A DNA stretch of 64,000 nucleotides, from the IMG/VR virus record IMGVR_UViG_3300047548_001271, positions 32,001 through 96,000 of that record; one strand, written 5' to 3'. This document shows, in pieces, positions 49,086 through 58,093 of the stretch; positions within the stretch are counted from its first letter, which is position 1; each line of letters starts with the position of its first letter. The position numbers were made by a program, and so were the translations under genes. The notes beneath the pieces were generated by a model. It was given only the letters and a program-made list of their open reading frames with translations. It made no database searches and had not been told where the DNA came from. This DNA is from a virus.

Positions 49086-51116
49086 TTAAAAAATTCTAGT
49101 ATTAAGTTTTTGAGGTTTGAAACCATTGTAACCAGAGAAAGCCCAACAATCACCGCTTTTTAGAATTCTATTTTCAATTTCTTGGGCATCAACCCAGAAT
49201 GAACCATCTGGTTGATTATGTCTTTTTGGTCCACTATTCCAGACTCCCCAAGAATTTTGAACTAACACTCCAGGTCTTTTATATTCGTCGTCAACGGCAA
49301 TAATGCACATTTGATGCGCCCAATTTCCTTCTGGTTTAGCAAAACCTTCAGAATCTCTCTTGTTAGAAAACCCTTGATTACTAGCAATCGTAACAGCATA
49401 ACCATTTACAATTAAATCTCTAACTTCGTTATATGTTTTTACTTGGGACACAGTTAATACACTATGTTCCTTAGCTATTGGTATTAATTCTGCTGGAACA
49501 CCAACACTTGGCATTCCCCAAGATTTTGCTCGCTGTGCATCATATTTTGATAAATCAATATTTCCATATTTCTGTCTTGCTAAAGCCCCGAATTTACTAA
49601 CATATTCTGCGGCCCACGCACCTAACGATCCATCGTCAGATCCGATTTGCCCCTTGCCAATTTGTACTCTGCTGCCAGCGTAAATATCCTCAGTAGCTGT
49701 CTCAGCAACCCACTCCTCAAACTCTTTATTAAGGAAGATATCTACGGCTTTAATAATATCTACTGCATATGCGGCTCCCATTGATACACAATTGTGAATT
49801 CCATATCCATTGCATATAAACGAATGATCTTCTTCTACTCCTATACAATATACGTATTCAGTTTCAGGTTCAACAATTTCTATTTTACATATTTTTGCAG
49901 CCTTACCATACTTAGTAACTTGCTTTTGGTTTAATTTTAATCCAATCGCTTGTTGTGTTAATACATCTACACCACAGTTAAGATTTAGTGAAAAAGATTC
50001 TTTGCTTTGTTTATACGCTTTTCTTTTTTGAATAGAACAATTTATATTAATTGAGTTTGCTATTTGAAAAAAATCATATATTAAATTTTCTGAAACAGAA
50101 ACTCCAATTTGATTATTATATCCATCACCATCCATCCATCCAGATAAAATCTGTAGTTTATTTTGTTCTGTTGTTATGAGTAAATCTTTATTTAATTTTT
50201 TGTTGTAAACATTACCAGAACATAATTTCTTAAATAGAGAACTGATAAGTAAATTTTGAACTCTTACATATATTATAGATGGTTTTGAAGGAACTGACGT
50301 TATGATGGCGTCAAAATCAAAAACGTCTTTAATATACGATTTTATCTTATTTGCTAACACGACCTCTTTAGAAGATAAGTTAAAGGTTATTCTTCCATTA
50401 TCAATACCGCCCTCTGCCGCATAAATCCCAATTAACCAGCAAAGCTTTTCATCTAAATCAATAAACCTGTTTATTTCTTTACTTGATCCTTTTACTCTTA
50501 TTTTATTAAAAAAAACAGGTTGTGTTCTTAATTTTTTAAAATCAGATTCGCTTGTTATAGATTCACCACATAAATCTTTTAAGTCGTATTTATATTTATT
50601 AATTGAAGGAAGTTTTGGTAATAGAATATAGTCGCCTTCATTTAAAGCGACTATAGGCTTCCATTCTATTTTAGATTTGTCTCCTGATTTACCCCTTCCA
50701 ACATTTGGAAGATACATATATAAATGATCTGGAGTTGACTCTATTGGTTTTTTATAGCCAGAAACGTGTATTCTTACCATGCTTTTATTGTATGGTTTTT
50801 TTATATAGTCTATAACTCTTCTAATGTTTCCATAAGGACTTATTACATATTCTCCTATCTTTATATCTTTTATTTGTTTTTCAGACCCATCCGCCATTCG
50901 AACCATAGCAGATGGATTTTGACAGTCGCCAATACCTTGATTCCTATTAGGAAATGAACCAGCAACTTTCTCTACAATCTGATATAGTAATGCTTTTTTA
51001 CCAGCACCGCTATCCTTAATTGGAGCCCAAACATCATTAAAAACCGGGAAAGGTAATCTATTCATTACCTTTTCAACTAAGTTTGGTTTATTTACCCATC
51101 CAAATTTATTACTCAT
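49086..51116 (-). CDS. papain-like (C1) cysteine peptidase containing an intein
   Basis: After removing the intein: NQGIGD-CVSMG (oxyanion Q, catalytic C), WAHQM (H), VQNSWG (N). Confidence 0.85.
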   Translation of the reverse strand: MSNKFGWVNKPNLVEKVMNRLPFPVFNDVWAPIKDSGAGKKALLYQIVEKVAGSFPNRNQGIGDCQNPSAMVRMADGSEKQIKDIKIGEYVISPYGNIRRVIDYIKKPYNKSMVRIHVSGYKKPIESTPDHLYMYLPNVGRGKSGDKSKIEWKPIVALNEGDYILLPKLPSINKYKYDLKDLCGESITSESDFKKLRTQPVFFNKIRVKGSSKEINRFIDLDEKLCWLIGIYAAEGGIDNGRITFNLSSKEVVLANKIKSYIKDVFDFDAIITSVPSKPSIIYVRVQNLLISSLFKKLCSGNVYNKKLNKDLLITTEQNKLQILSGWMDGDGYNNQIGVSVSENLIYDFFQIANSININCSIQKRKAYKQSKESFSLNLNCGVDVLTQQAIGLKLNQKQVTKYGKAAKICKIEIVEPETEYVYCIGVEEDHSFICNGYGIHNCVSMGAAYAVDIIKAVDIFLNKEFEEWVAETATEDIYAGSRVQIGKGQIGSDDGSLGAWAAEYVSKFGALARQKYGNIDLSKYDAQRAKSWGMPSVGVPAELIPIAKEHSVLTVSQVKTYNEVRDLIVNGYAVTIASNQGFSNKRDSEGFAKPEGNWAHQMCIIAVDDEYKRPGVLVQNSWGVWNSGPKRHNQPDGSFWVDAQEIENRILKSGDCWAFSGYNGFKPQKLNTRIF
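49791..50924 (-). mobile_element. intein with LAGLIDADG homing endonuclease (378 aa)
   Basis: Starts at Cys (CQNPSAMVRMADG), block B STPDH, WLIGIYAAEG and LSGWMDGDG motifs, ends VYCIGVEEDHSFICNGYGIHN followed by Cys+1. Confidence 0.92.
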
Positions 51117-51540
51117 ATTTTATTGCCATATAAATAGAGTTGAATATGTTATATAACCAAGTTCTGTCTCGTTGTGTTGACAGCTCTCTAGGCTCGTCAT
51201 AACCTTCTTCTATTAGATAATCTGAGATTGCATCCGTAAATCTAGGATATTTATCAACCTCCCACATATATGAGGATTGAACTTTTAATAGTATAGGATA
51301 GAAGTCAGAGCTTTTATTTAATTTTTTTGCGTTCTTAATATAGAGTGCTGAACCGGCTATCTGCTTATAAAAAAGGTCTTGATCTTCTTTATCTAGCTTC
51401 TTAAATTCTACTTGTATTTTTCTTAAAGAACTTGTTAATTCAAAATCTTCATTTTCAGAAGTGTTGTCAACTCTATCATCAACTCCAGGTCGATTACAGC
51501 CAACACAAAATAAAATAGCAAGTATAAATACAAACCTCAT
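51109..51540 (-). CDS. lipoprotein
   Basis: MRFVFILAILFCVGC lipobox-type signal. Confidence 0.75.
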   Translation of the reverse strand: MRFVFILAILFCVGCNRPGVDDRVDNTSENEDFELTSSLRKIQVEFKKLDKEDQDLFYKQIAGSALYIKNAKKLNKSSDFYPILLKVQSSYMWEVDKYPRFTDAISDYLIEEGYDEPRELSTQRDRTWLYNIFNSIYMAIKYE

Positions 51541-51547
51541 AAAATCC

Positions 51548-51937
51548 TCATCTTTTTACTATTAATATGTCAACTAATTTCCTAATGATTTCAGTAAGTT
51601 CTTCAGAATTCAACTCTTTGTTTTTATCTCTTAAAAACTCAATAACATTGTATTTATTTATTAAAATACCACCATCTGGTGAATTATCTTCTTTGTCTGT
51701 TTTCTCTTGGTCAACAAAGAAATAATCAAATTCTTTTTCTTTAGTTGAATTGTTATTTACTAATTTTATAATTGTAGATAGATCAAATCCAGAAGCTAAA
51801 TAATAGATTCCACAAGCAACACAAACACCGATTTTAATCCAGAAGTTGTTGTCCGCTACAAAATCTGGATTATTATACCAATAATAATACTGATAGGCAG
51901 AATATCCAAAAAGAGGTATAGAAAGAGCGCTTTTCAT
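51548..51937 (-). CDS. membrane protein
   Basis: Two N-terminal hydrophobic segments, charged C-terminus. Confidence 0.65.
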   Translation of the reverse strand: MKSALSIPLFGYSAYQYYYWYNNPDFVADNNFWIKIGVCVACGIYYLASGFDLSTIIKLVNNNSTKEKEFDYFFVDQEKTDKEDNSPDGGILINKYNVIEFLRDKNKELNSEELTEIIRKLVDILIVKR

Positions 51938-51946
51938 AAGTCACCA

Positions 51947-52156
51947 TTATTCTTTTGTGTTATCTTTTACCCATGTTATTACAGATTCTAATAGTGTAGA
52001 TATAACTGGAACAACTAGTGGAGCCATTGGCCCTAGATCTAATACTGATAATTTTGTTGAAATAAATGTTAATCCAGCGGCAAGAGAAACCAAGACCGCA
52101 TTTTTAATTACTTTGTTAACTTCTTCTTTATTTACTGATAAATTTTTCGATCCCAT
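51947..52156 (-). CDS. holin-like small membrane protein
   Basis: 69 aa, two TM segments, charged ends (WVKDNTKE). Confidence 0.55.
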   Translation of the reverse strand: MGSKNLSVNKEEVNKVIKNAVLVSLAAGLTFISTKLSVLDLGPMAPLVVPVISTLLESVITWVKDNTKE

Positions 52157-52157
52157 C

Positions 52158-52493
52158 TTATTTATCCCTTTCTAATTTATTAAGTAATCTATCTAAGATA
52201 TCGGCTATTCGTTTTTGGTCGTGAACAATTTGTTGTAATGTTCTTTGTAAATCTCGTTGAATTTCAATAAATGTTCTTGGCGTGTAAACGAGAGGCGTTC
52301 CATCTTGATCAACTCTCATATGAACTTCATGTATTTCTTTTAAACACGCTCTTTCTTCATCTGTTAATATTGATTGTTTTGGTATCGCCTTGCTTAGAAG
52401 CATTTCTATAATTTTAGATAATGCTACAACAACTGCGACTATTGCAGCAAGGACGGGTGCATCGAACAATGACTCTGGCATATCATTCTCCAA
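52158..52493 (-). CDS. single-TM protein with coiled-coil tail (holin/antiholin-like)
   Basis: VLAAIVAVVVAL TM segment; C-terminal heptads. Confidence 0.5.
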   Translation of the reverse strand: MENDMPESLFDAPVLAAIVAVVVALSKIIEMLLSKAIPKQSILTDEERACLKEIHEVHMRVDQDGTPLVYTPRTFIEIQRDLQRTLQQIVHDQKRIADILDRLLNKLERDK

Positions 52494-52521
52494 TCTAAGA
52501 TTTTAGGTTAATAAAATTACA

Positions 52522-53145
52522 TTATAATGTTGCTGGTTTATAATCGTCTTGTTTTGGAGCTAATGATCCATACATATATACAAACTCACCAGGTATTGAT
52601 TTGTAAGTGACATAAATAGCTTGATCGTTTATGCTTCCACCTACGCCATTTTGATATGTAACTTTATTTGTGCTTGGAGCAGTAGACCAGTTTGTTCTTT
52701 GACCAGAAATGCCGGTATGTCTAAAATATCCACTTCTGAACGCTGTATTAGTTTGAGCACCAACAGATTTAGTTGCAATATTTCTTCTAACTCTGTTTTG
52801 TTCGTTTCCAACAATTCTTAATGAGTTATTAGCTGATCCATTTATCATGGTAGCCATTCCTCTTGCTAAAAATTGAGATGGTATTTGCTTATAAGCAAAC
52901 GTGCCAGATGTTAATGCTTTAGTTGTGCTGTATGTATGACCAGCACCGGATAATTCAACCATAACACTAGATCTAACTGCCGCACCATCCATTGCAGTGT
53001 CTCTAATTGTTAAAATTTTAGTAATTGGACTTTTTGTAGTAGTAACAGTTGTACTAGTTAATCCAAGTGCAACCCCTCCGATTTTTTCGGTTGGAGCGAC
53101 AGTGCCGGTTGTGCTGATAACAATTCCAGTTGGTAACATAGCCAT
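52522..53145 (-). CDS. Thr/Ser/Gly-rich protein, probably virion-associated
   Basis: GGAG RBS; composition; preceded by candidate late promoter. Confidence 0.55.
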   Translation of the reverse strand: MAMLPTGIVISTTGTVAPTEKIGGVALGLTSTTVTTTKSPITKILTIRDTAMDGAAVRSSVMVELSGAGHTYSTTKALTSGTFAYKQIPSQFLARGMATMINGSANNSLRIVGNEQNRVRRNIATKSVGAQTNTAFRSGYFRHTGISGQRTNWSTAPSTNKVTYQNGVGGSINDQAIYVTYKSIPGEFVYMYGSLAPKQDDYKPATL

Positions 53146-53228
53146 ATTAAAATCTCCAATTTATCACATTATATTCCTAATTTTCCTAGTATTTTTATTA
53201 GTCCATTCCTATAAATATATACTCCAGC

Positions 53229-53783
53229 TTATTCTGATACGAGGACATTGTTATTCTTTATTTTCTTTAGCATTGCAACGGCATCATTAAACTCTTCAAT
53301 TGTGTTAAAATCTGTTTCTTGCATAATTTCAACGGACTTATCATCATTAACAAACATAGCCCATTTAAAATTAACGTCTTGATCATCATAATTAGTTTCA
53401 CAAAAAATATTTTGTATTTGTTTTCTAATCGTTGAGAAGTCAAACATTTTCCCAACGCCAACAAAAAATCTATATTTTGTTATAATTTTTAAACACTCAA
53501 TACCTGGTATATTTTCTAATATATCTTTTTCAGCTTGGCAAATTGGAAAATCTGTATGCCCAATCCAACACTCTTTGAAAAATTTTGTAGGAAGCATTCG
53601 ATCACCAACTGGGTAAACACCAATTGGAGTTGTTATTGTTTGATTTTCAAGAAATCCAGAAGTTATTATATTTATTTCTTCGCCATCATCATTATCATCA
53701 AAAGATACTTCTTTTTCGTTTTCTTCGTTAGTTTCTTCTTCTTCTTCGTCTGTATCGTACCATGGTTCCCAAGCTATTTTCAT
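53229..53783 (-). CDS. hypothetical acidic protein
   Basis: ORF track; GAGG RBS. Confidence 0.7.
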   Translation of the reverse strand: MKIAWEPWYDTDEEEEETNEENEKEVSFDDNDDGEEINIITSGFLENQTITTPIGVYPVGDRMLPTKFFKECWIGHTDFPICQAEKDILENIPGIECLKIITKYRFFVGVGKMFDFSTIRKQIQNIFCETNYDDQDVNFKWAMFVNDDKSVEIMQETDFNTIEEFNDAVAMLKKIKNNNVLVSE

Positions 53784-54053
53784 TTAATCACCTCTTTTGT
53801 ATTCAGTGGGTTTTACAACTGGTTGTTTTTCGACTTGTCTAGCACTTGCTATTTTGCTCACCGCCTCAAAAGTTTCAATGTCTCCAGCGTCTTTTAAGTT
53901 GGTTAAAACAGCTTTTAATGTTGAATTTACTAAAGATCTATTACATACCAATTCTAGTAATGTAGAAAAAATAATTGGATCACTAGAAGAAAAAACAACT
54001 TCAATATTATCAGTTTCTTTGTTAACTCTAAAGCTAATATAATCTTCTTTCAT
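53784..54053 (-). CDS. hypothetical protein
   Basis: ATGA coupling. Confidence 0.65.
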   Translation of the reverse strand: MKEDYISFRVNKETDNIEVVFSSSDPIIFSTLLELVCNRSLVNSTLKAVLTNLKDAGDIETFEAVSKIASARQVEKQPVVKPTEYKRGD

Positions 54054-54910
54054 GCCATGTCACTCACTTTCTTTGCACTCCAAAATTTACATGACCAATA
54101 TTTTGCTTTCCATCTTGGACCAGCATTTTGACAATTATGTCTAGCTCTAAAAATTTTTCTACGCTCTGGATCATCTCTTTTAATTGACATATTAGGATCG
54201 CCGAAATTAACCTTTACGACATTTCCTTTGTCATTTTTCACATAGACAGAAAACTTCTTTGGGCCACCAGGTGTTCTAAATGGCTTATTCAGTTTAACGT
54301 TTGATTTTTTCTCTGCCGCCTCAGAAAGCTCTTCTTCTGCTTCTAGCCAATCTTCTAACTCTTCAATATCTTTGCCTGGTATCCATACTGTTTTGCCTTC
54401 TGAAGTATGTGAAAACACACCATCTAAGCCCATTTTCTTAGCGGCTTTCATAGCTTCTTCTTTAGAGGTGAATACATACTCCATCATCGAGGCAATGGAT
54501 TGCGACTTCTTGAAGGCATCTGGTTTTGGGCGGTCTTTATCTCCTGGTTTAGATGGTTTATATTTTTTACCCATCCTCTCTTTTTTCTTGCGGATGTTTT
54601 CCCATAAACCAGGTTTATTTGCTGCTATGCAATAATCTTCTTCTTCATCAGATCCACACTCAGATTCAAAATCAATATAATCTTCATCATTTGGAATTAA
54701 TAAATTTTCTTCTGAAAGCTCTTCTGTAAATCCATATGAATTAAAGTAATAACTATCATCTAGTGTTTCTGCAGATGTTTTTGTTTCTCTAATACAAACA
54801 GCGTATCTTTGTTTTTGATCCGGATATTCCTTATTCATAACTTCAGACCCCATGCATCTCTGAATAAAAGAATCTTTCTGTTCCCCTGGATTTGGTTTAG
54901 GTATTGGCAT
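54050..54910 (-). CDS. modular protein of small basic phage domains
   Basis: MPIPKP..FIQRCM; GLWENIRKK; KLNKPFRTPGGPKKF...FRARHNC...YWSCKFW separated by acidic linkers. Confidence 0.7.
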   Translation of the reverse strand: MPIPKPNPGEQKDSFIQRCMGSEVMNKEYPDQKQRYAVCIRETKTSAETLDDSYYFNSYGFTEELSEENLLIPNDEDYIDFESECGSDEEEDYCIAANKPGLWENIRKKKERMGKKYKPSKPGDKDRPKPDAFKKSQSIASMMEYVFTSKEEAMKAAKKMGLDGVFSHTSEGKTVWIPGKDIEELEDWLEAEEELSEAAEKKSNVKLNKPFRTPGGPKKFSVYVKNDKGNVVKVNFGDPNMSIKRDDPERRKIFRARHNCQNAGPRWKAKYWSCKFWSAKKVSDMA

Positions 54911-55970
54911 TGCAAAGCTTTCTAAGTGTTGAATCTAAAATTAAAGACGATTTTTTCCAAGTAAATTGTTTTGATGTTTCTATTCCACTTTTGTTGATTT
55001 TTAAAGACCCTTCCATATTTTTCTTATGAACTAATCTTAAATACTCAACAAGTTGATCAAATTCATCGTCTCCAAATGATCTCCACTCAGATTTACCATC
55101 AAAAAAGACATAATCCTTAGCTTTTTCATAACCAGATGTCATATTAATTAGATAGCTATTATCTTTATTTGCGTATTCAGAGTGAGCTGTACAATCTGTG
55201 ATTATCAAATGTCTACCACACGCTAATATTTCTAACGCCTCTAAATTCCATCCTTCTGCACGAGCTGGAAATACACCACAATGAACTTGACTCATGATAT
55301 TATACACCATCGCTTGACTCTCAAAACGAGGCATAATAGTCACCCTAGATCCAAGTTTTGATGACTTATATCTCATTTCCCAATCATATTTTTGAGAATC
55401 CATCAAGAACATATTATGAGGCATCATAAATAGTGACACCTTATCTTTATGAGTAAATGCACTACAAAAAGCTTTTATTAAAATGTCGTGGCCTTTTCTA
55501 AGCTCCCACTTGCCAAAATTAGCAAATATTGTATGATCTCCGCTTGGTAAATCACAAGGTTTAAAAATAGATTCTTCGTATCCAAGAGGTATCTTGAATG
55601 CATCTCTATTAATTGATCTCTTGATAACATTTGCCGCCCAGTCACTACATACAAATAAATAGTCGGGATATCCCAACGAATGAGACTCCCGACTATCGAA
55701 TGATTCTAGTTCAAAAATTGGAAAACCTATTCTTGGACTTCCAGTAAATCCAGACATATCATGCTGATGCCAAATTTTAAGGCATGGAGCGTCATAGTGA
55801 AAATTACCAGTAACATTTTTTATAAATGGATATATGTCCGCGTCTGGTTTGTTTTGTCCAATTGGAATATGTCTTAAATCATAACCAAGCCCAACTAATT
55901 CCTTCATAAAATACGATGAAACATATCCATATGAAGTTTGATTTATTGGGCAAGTTATATTAAGTTTCAT
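54897..55970 (-). CDS. GT-B (family 4-like) glycosyltransferase
   Basis: TSYG, GKWELRKGHD, RAEGWNLEALE. Confidence 0.9.
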   Translation of the reverse strand: MKLNITCPINQTSYGYVSSYFMKELVGLGYDLRHIPIGQNKPDADIYPFIKNVTGNFHYDAPCLKIWHQHDMSGFTGSPRIGFPIFELESFDSRESHSLGYPDYLFVCSDWAANVIKRSINRDAFKIPLGYEESIFKPCDLPSGDHTIFANFGKWELRKGHDILIKAFCSAFTHKDKVSLFMMPHNMFLMDSQKYDWEMRYKSSKLGSRVTIMPRFESQAMVYNIMSQVHCGVFPARAEGWNLEALEILACGRHLIITDCTAHSEYANKDNSYLINMTSGYEKAKDYVFFDGKSEWRSFGDDEFDQLVEYLRLVHKKNMEGSLKINKSGIETSKQFTWKKSSLILDSTLRKLCNANT

Positions 55971-56139
55971 TCTTTGGCTTTCTATATGGGACTTGTTTTT
56001 CCCTCATTTGTTCTTGAATTTTTGCAATCTCTTTTTTTGATCTTGCTTCTTCTCTAATTTCAGCTCGCCTTTTTAATACTTCTTTGCGAACTCTTTTCTT
56101 TCTTTCATTTTTTTTCTTGTCTTGAAGTTTCTTTGACAT
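55960..56139 (-). CDS. small very basic protein (59 aa, below ORF track cutoff)
   Basis: Manual translation MSKKLQDKKKNERKKRVRKEVLKRR...; TAATG-coupled to ssb. Confidence 0.6.
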   Translation of the reverse strand: MSKKLQDKKKNERKKRVRKEVLKRRAEIREEARSKKEIAKIQEQMREKQVPYRKPKNET

Positions 56140-56495
56140 TAGAAAGGTGAATCTCCATCTGGTTGTGTTGCTACTTGTTCAACAACTTTTCGCTTTTCAA
56201 TTTTTGATACTTGATTAGCATAAACCAAAACTTTTGTAACCTTTTGACCTTCCTTGTTATTGAATTCCTCAGAAACCAATCTTCCGACAACATGTACTCT
56301 GTCACCTTTAGATAGTGAATAGGCGTCAATATCGTTAGATGTTTTTCCAAAGAGCTTTACATCCATGTATAGAGTTTCTTCATTTTCTCCAAGACGAGAA
56401 TTTACTGCAACTCTAACTCTTCCAGCAGTTCCATTTTTTGTCTGAAATTTTTCTGGGTCAGTAACCAAATTACCAATTAAATAAACATTATTCAT
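56139..56495 (-). CDS. ssb: single-stranded DNA-binding protein
   Basis: MNNVYLIGNL..DPE, KGDRVHVVGRL, acidic DGDSPF tail. Confidence 0.92.
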   Translation of the reverse strand: MNNVYLIGNLVTDPEKFQTKNGTAGRVRVAVNSRLGENEETLYMDVKLFGKTSNDIDAYSLSKGDRVHVVGRLVSEEFNNKEGQKVTKVLVYANQVSKIEKRKVVEQVATQPDGDSPF

Positions 56496-56653
56496 TTCAT
56501 TTCCTCCAATTGTTTTTCTAAATCTTTACACATACTTTTAACGGAATCTCTAATTAAACTATTCATTGACTTTTTATCATCACTAGGATCTAAACTATTT
56601 AATAGATTTCTAGCTTTTTCAAGCCAAATTTTTGTTGTATCAATATTATCCAT
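56492..56653 (-). CDS. small hypothetical protein (53 aa, below ORF track cutoff)
   Basis: Manual translation MDNIDTTKIWLEKARNLL...; ATGA-coupled to ssb. Confidence 0.55.
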   Translation of the reverse strand: MDNIDTTKIWLEKARNLLNSLDPSDDKKSMNSLIRDSVKSMCKDLEKQLEEMK

Positions 56654-56969
56654 TTAATGGAGCCGTAAGTAGTTTTACTAACGAACCTCTAACAACTTGA
56701 GCATGTCCATTGCTAGCTTGTGACATTAATGATTTTGTCAGCTCTGATGTTAGACCGAGAGATTTTGCTGCTGACAGCGTCCCTTGTGCATTACAATTAT
56801 ACAGTTGTTTTCCACTCGACCTTGCTAGTGCAACTGCTGTAATTGGATTAACCTTCAACCCCTTATTCTTTCCGTTTTTCACAATACCAACAAGTCTTCC
56901 ATCATTCATCGTCCACTGAAATCTGTTCGAATAAAAACCAAACGAAGTCAAAAATTCACTCTGTGTCAT
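56646..56969 (-). CDS. hypothetical protein
   Basis: First gene after promoter; start placed at MTQSEF behind AAGGA. Confidence 0.65.
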   Translation of the reverse strand: MTQSEFLTSFGFYSNRFQWTMNDGRLVGIVKNGKNKGLKVNPITAVALARSSGKQLYNCNAQGTLSAAKSLGLTSELTKSLMSQASNGHAQVVRGSLVKLLTAPLNG

Positions 56970-57010
56970 TTTATTTCCTTTCAAAAAAAGTTTTGAACAC
57001 AATCTCTACT

Positions 57011-57038
57011 ATTATTGGTTTCTTCTGGAAAAAGTCAA
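57011..57038 (-). promoter_or_regulatory. sigma70-type promoter, leftward operon
   Basis: Minus strand TTGACT-N16-AATAAT. Confidence 0.6.
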
Positions 57039-57056
57039 TTTTTTTTCAAAATCGTT

Positions 57057-57084
57057 TTTACATTTTTCGGAAATAGGTTATGAT
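57057..57084 (+). promoter_or_regulatory. sigma70-type promoter, rightward
   Basis: TTTACA-N16-TATGAT; predicted start near 57091. Confidence 0.55.
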
Positions 57085-57090
57085 AATGTC

Positions 57091-57225
57091 GCCGACTGTT
57101 GCTCTTCGGCTTACATATCGCCTCACGGCACAGAGCATCATTCTCGTTGGGCGTAGGTGCAATATTAATTGACGCTAAAGAGCCTCCAACGGTATAGAAT
57201 CCTATATGGTTCCGAGCAGTCGGGT
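57091..57225 (+). ncRNA. putative structured non-coding RNA of unknown family
   Basis: GC-richer non-coding island with nested complementary segments CCGACTG/CAGTCGG, TTCGG/CCGAG, CATAT/ATATG, ATTCT/AGAAT, CGTTGG/CCAACG. Confidence 0.55.
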
Positions 57226-57319
57226 AATTTCTATATCACCTCAACGAAAATTTTTTTTCTTACTCTGAGCGTAATTCTATAATTAAGTTACACATTTTAC
57301 AACTAAAAGGGAAAAACAA

Positions 57320-58093
57320 GTGAAAAGAATAACGGTGATTACTTCTGTATTTAATGGTGATGAATTTATCGAAGGGTTTTTGGAGGATATCACTCAACAA
57401 ACAATATTTGATGATTGCCTTTTCCTTTTAGTTGACTGTAATAACCGTCCGGTCAGTAAAGAGGGAAGTTTAATATTGGAGTACACAAAAAAGTATAAGA
57501 ACATCAAATACGAGAAGAAGGCTGAACACTCTGGTATTGGAATATACGAAGCTTGGAACTATATGATTAAGAATTCAGAAACGGAATATATTACAAACGC
57601 AAACCTAGATGACAGATTGTTCTCAAGATCAATAGAAGAACATATAAATCTATTAGATAATAATAAAGAAATAGATGTTGCTTATTGTTACAATTTAATG
57701 ACAAACGAGCCAAATTATAATGAGAAAAAGCTATTAGAAAAGTATCATAATAGTGTTCATCAAGCATTAAAGAGTAAAAAGTTTTCAATATTTCCTTGTT
57801 ATGAATTCAGCTTAGAAAGTTTACTACAAACAAATAGTCCGCATAATCATCCAGTCTGGAGGCGGTCTTTGCATGAAAAAAATGGATACTTTTCTACTGA
57901 ATATAAGTCTGCTAGTGATTGGGAGTTTTGGCTTAGATGTGCGTTAAATGGAGCCAAAATGAAGCTGATTCCAGAAGTTTTAGGGATATACTACCATAAC
58001 CCAAAAGGTATGTCAACAGCTAGTGAAAATATGCAGCGGAATTTGGCTGAAGTTGCTCAAATATATTCAATTTATTCAAGGAAAATTAAATGA
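57320..58093 (+). CDS. GT2-family glycosyltransferase
   Basis: ITVITSVFN, GIYEAWN, NLDDR, SASDWEFWLR. Confidence 0.9.
   Translation: MKRITVITSVFNGDEFIEGFLEDITQQTIFDDCLFLLVDCNNRPVSKEGSLILEYTKKYKNIKYEKKAEHSGIGIYEAWNYMIKNSETEYITNANLDDRLFSRSIEEHINLLDNNKEIDVAYCYNLMTNEPNYNEKKLLEKYHNSVHQALKSKKFSIFPCYEFSLESLLQTNSPHNHPVWRRSLHEKNGYFSTEYKSASDWEFWLRCALNGAKMKLIPEVLGIYYHNPKGMSTASENMQRNLAEVAQIYSIYSRKIK

Noticed and set aside
57169-57200. TTGACG...TATAGA promoter inside the structured island
   Set aside because: 18-nt spacer with poor -10, and the bases are better explained by RNA pairing; not fully excluded
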